Shown: piece after piece, positions 63,101 to 64,000 of the stretch | Layout: every line of letters begins with the position of its first letter | Position numbering within the stretch: position 1 is the first letter of the stretch | NCBI RefSeq assembly: GCF_964355755.1 | Contig: NC_092676.1 | Location: 24,756,871 to 24,820,870 of the forward strand | Source of the DNA: Antedon mediterranea | Lineage: Eukaryota; Animalia; Echinodermata | Reading direction: 5' to 3' | Length of the DNA: 64,000 nucleotides | Made by a program: the position numbers and the translations under genes | Notes under the pieces: model-generated | The model's database searches: none | The model's input: only the letters and a program-made list of their open reading frames with translations | Told to the model about the DNA's origin: nothing

Positions 63101-64000
63101 AATCGTCTTCTTTCATTGTCTTCTTTCATTGTCTTTGTTTTATTGTCTTTCTTTTTTCATTGTCTTTCTTCTTTCAATGTCTTCTTTCTTTAATCTTCTT
63201 CTTTATTGTCTTTGTTTTATTGTCTTTCTTCTTTCATTGTCTTTCTTTCATTATCTTCCTTCTTTCATTGTCTTTCTTCTTTCATTGTATTTCTTCTTTC
63301 ATTTTTTTGTCCAGACTGCTGCTTATGACCTGCATCAAGAAGCCATGAAGTGGTCAAGTAAAGGAAATGACTTGATTGCTGCAGCAAAGAAGATGGCGTT
63401 ACTCATGGCTGAAATGAGCAAACATGTTAGGTATGTCTCTCTGTCTGTCATGCTGAATGGTGTAACGCTGAATGGTGTAACGCAGAGTCCTGAGGTTCCT
63501 GGTTTAGGAAGAGGAGGAGTTGCCCTCCAACGCTGGAGGCCTCAGGTGTTTTAGCCCTTTTTGGCATATTTTATTGCCTCTTTTTTCCACTGGACACTGC
63601 TCAGGAGCCATCATAAGCTCCGTTAGGGTTAGCCAGTGAGCGCTCATAGCCGTTATGCCACTTGTCATACTATTTGGTATTTATCAGTTATTGTTATCAA
63701 TATAGGAATATTAAATACAGTAGAACCTCCATTAAGGGAACACCTTCGGGACCAAACAAAGCTTCCCTTAATAGAGGTGTCCCGTAGTGGTTACATATTA
63801 TATTACCTCTACTGTAGTTTGTTTTATGAGAAAGTGTTCCCTTAATAGAGGTGCCACAAAAAAGGAGTCGCCTAATAAATTCTTGTTTTTGTATTACAGA
63901 GGAGAAGGAGGTTCAAAGAAAGAACTGATTGATTGTGCCAAAGCCATTGCAAAGGCATCAGAAGAAGTCACCAGACTTGCCAAAGAAATCACAAACAGAT
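48142..64000 (+). CDS. VCL: Vinculin (3' end runs out of the window)
   Basis: Starts [28 protein letters not shown]. Core exons 48142-48198, 51554-51661, 52029-52200, 52655-52800, 53011-53179, 53690-53920, 54267-54412, 54542-54734, 55285-55430, 55736-55828, 56109-56178, 56321-56472, 56631-56696, 57143-57254, 57652-57849, 58274-58365, 62634-62721, 62841-62956, 63315-63430, 63900->64000. Tail motif [24 protein letters not shown]. Confidence 0.97.
49916..51345. repeat. Inverted pair of ~155-bp repeats in vinculin intron 1 (49916-50070 and 51189-51345)
   Basis: cgtgaggtaatttcccgattgatcgtaatcaaaacggtac... versus ...gtaccgttttgattacgatcaatcgggaaattacctcacg. Confidence 0.85.
53229..53549. mobile_element. 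TTAA-flanked MITE (TIR AGATGTATTGTCCCCC), Kolobok-like
   Basis: ttaa|agatgtattgtccccc...gggggacaatacatct|ttaa. Confidence 0.82.
53957..54165 (+). mobile_element. tRNA-derived SINE-like element
   Basis: gtagcttggtggtta...gggttcaagtcc (A- and B-boxes); head resembles those at 56887 and 57924. Confidence 0.6.
56887..57075 (+). mobile_element. tRNA-derived SINE-like element
   Basis: A/B boxes, with body ctcaaatgag...tcctgtaattggcgagtt shared with 57924-58240. Confidence 0.7.
57265..57492. mobile_element. MITE family A, near-complete copy
   Basis: caaggcaatctac...aacagga and tcctgttggtagattgccctgg form TIRs. Confidence 0.8.
57924..58240 (+). mobile_element. SINE-like element interrupted by a family B MITE (58026-58170, TAA TSD)
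   Basis: taa|agctctgtctacactatcaaac...gtttgatagtgtagacagagct|taa inside a copy of the 56887 element. Confidence 0.8.
58824..58937 (+). CDS. VCL: Vinculin extra/alternative exon A (phase 0-0, 38 codons)
   Basis: Bounded by a pyrimidine tract plus TAG and by CAG|GT. Encodes [38 protein letters not shown]. Confidence 0.75.
60016..60063 (+). CDS. VCL: Vinculin extra/alternative micro-exon (phase 0-0, 16 codons)
   Basis: Strong pyrimidine tract plus TAG, AAG|GT donor. Encodes [16 protein letters not shown]. Confidence 0.6.
61260..61505 (+). CDS. VCL: Vinculin extra/alternative proline-rich exon B (phase 0-0, 82 codons)
   Basis: TAG acceptor, GAG|GT donor. Open frame [15 protein letters not shown]...[20 protein letters not shown]...[19 protein letters not shown]. 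Confidence 0.78.
62970..63305. repeat. Degenerate pyrimidine-rich tandem repeat (ttcattgtctttcttct-like) filling a vinculin intron
   Basis: Directly visible. Confidence 0.9.
63718..63853. mobile_element. Tc1/mariner(pogo)-type MITE remnant
   Basis: ta|cagtagaacctccattaagggaacacc start, with inverted gtgttcccttaatagagg subterminal repeats. Confidence 0.6.

Noticed and set aside
62985-63554. 189-aa hydrophobic ORF suggesting a membrane protein
   Set aside because: It is a pyrimidine-rich intronic repeat read into the vinculin exon at 63315-63430.

Overview
AT-rich, intron-rich animal genomic DNA, probably a marine invertebrate deuterostome such as an echinoderm (inferred from gene content and repeat style, not proven). 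I built four protein-coding genes exon by exon from GT-AG sites and reading phase. (1, 2) Two tandem 10-exon SLC22-family organic cation transporter paralogs on the minus strand (472-5324 and 7246-11931), made by a ~6.8 kb tandem duplication whose junction lies inside the last coding exon of the second copy. (3) A 35-exon, ~1897 aa adhesion GPCR on the minus strand (14961-41760) with the architecture signal peptide - HYR - C-type lectin - 12x HYR - GAIN/GPS - 7TM - acidic tail. (4) Vinculin on the plus strand (48142 to beyond 64000), head-to-head with the GPCR. Vinculin carries extra in-frame exons that appear to triplicate the last head helix plus proline-rich linker. Introns and intergenic DNA hold MITEs, LINE remnants, tRNA-derived SINE-like elements, minisatellites, a tandem foldback array just upstream of vinculin and tiny palindromic transposon footprints with 7-8 bp target duplications. 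All gene models are manual and untested against transcripts.
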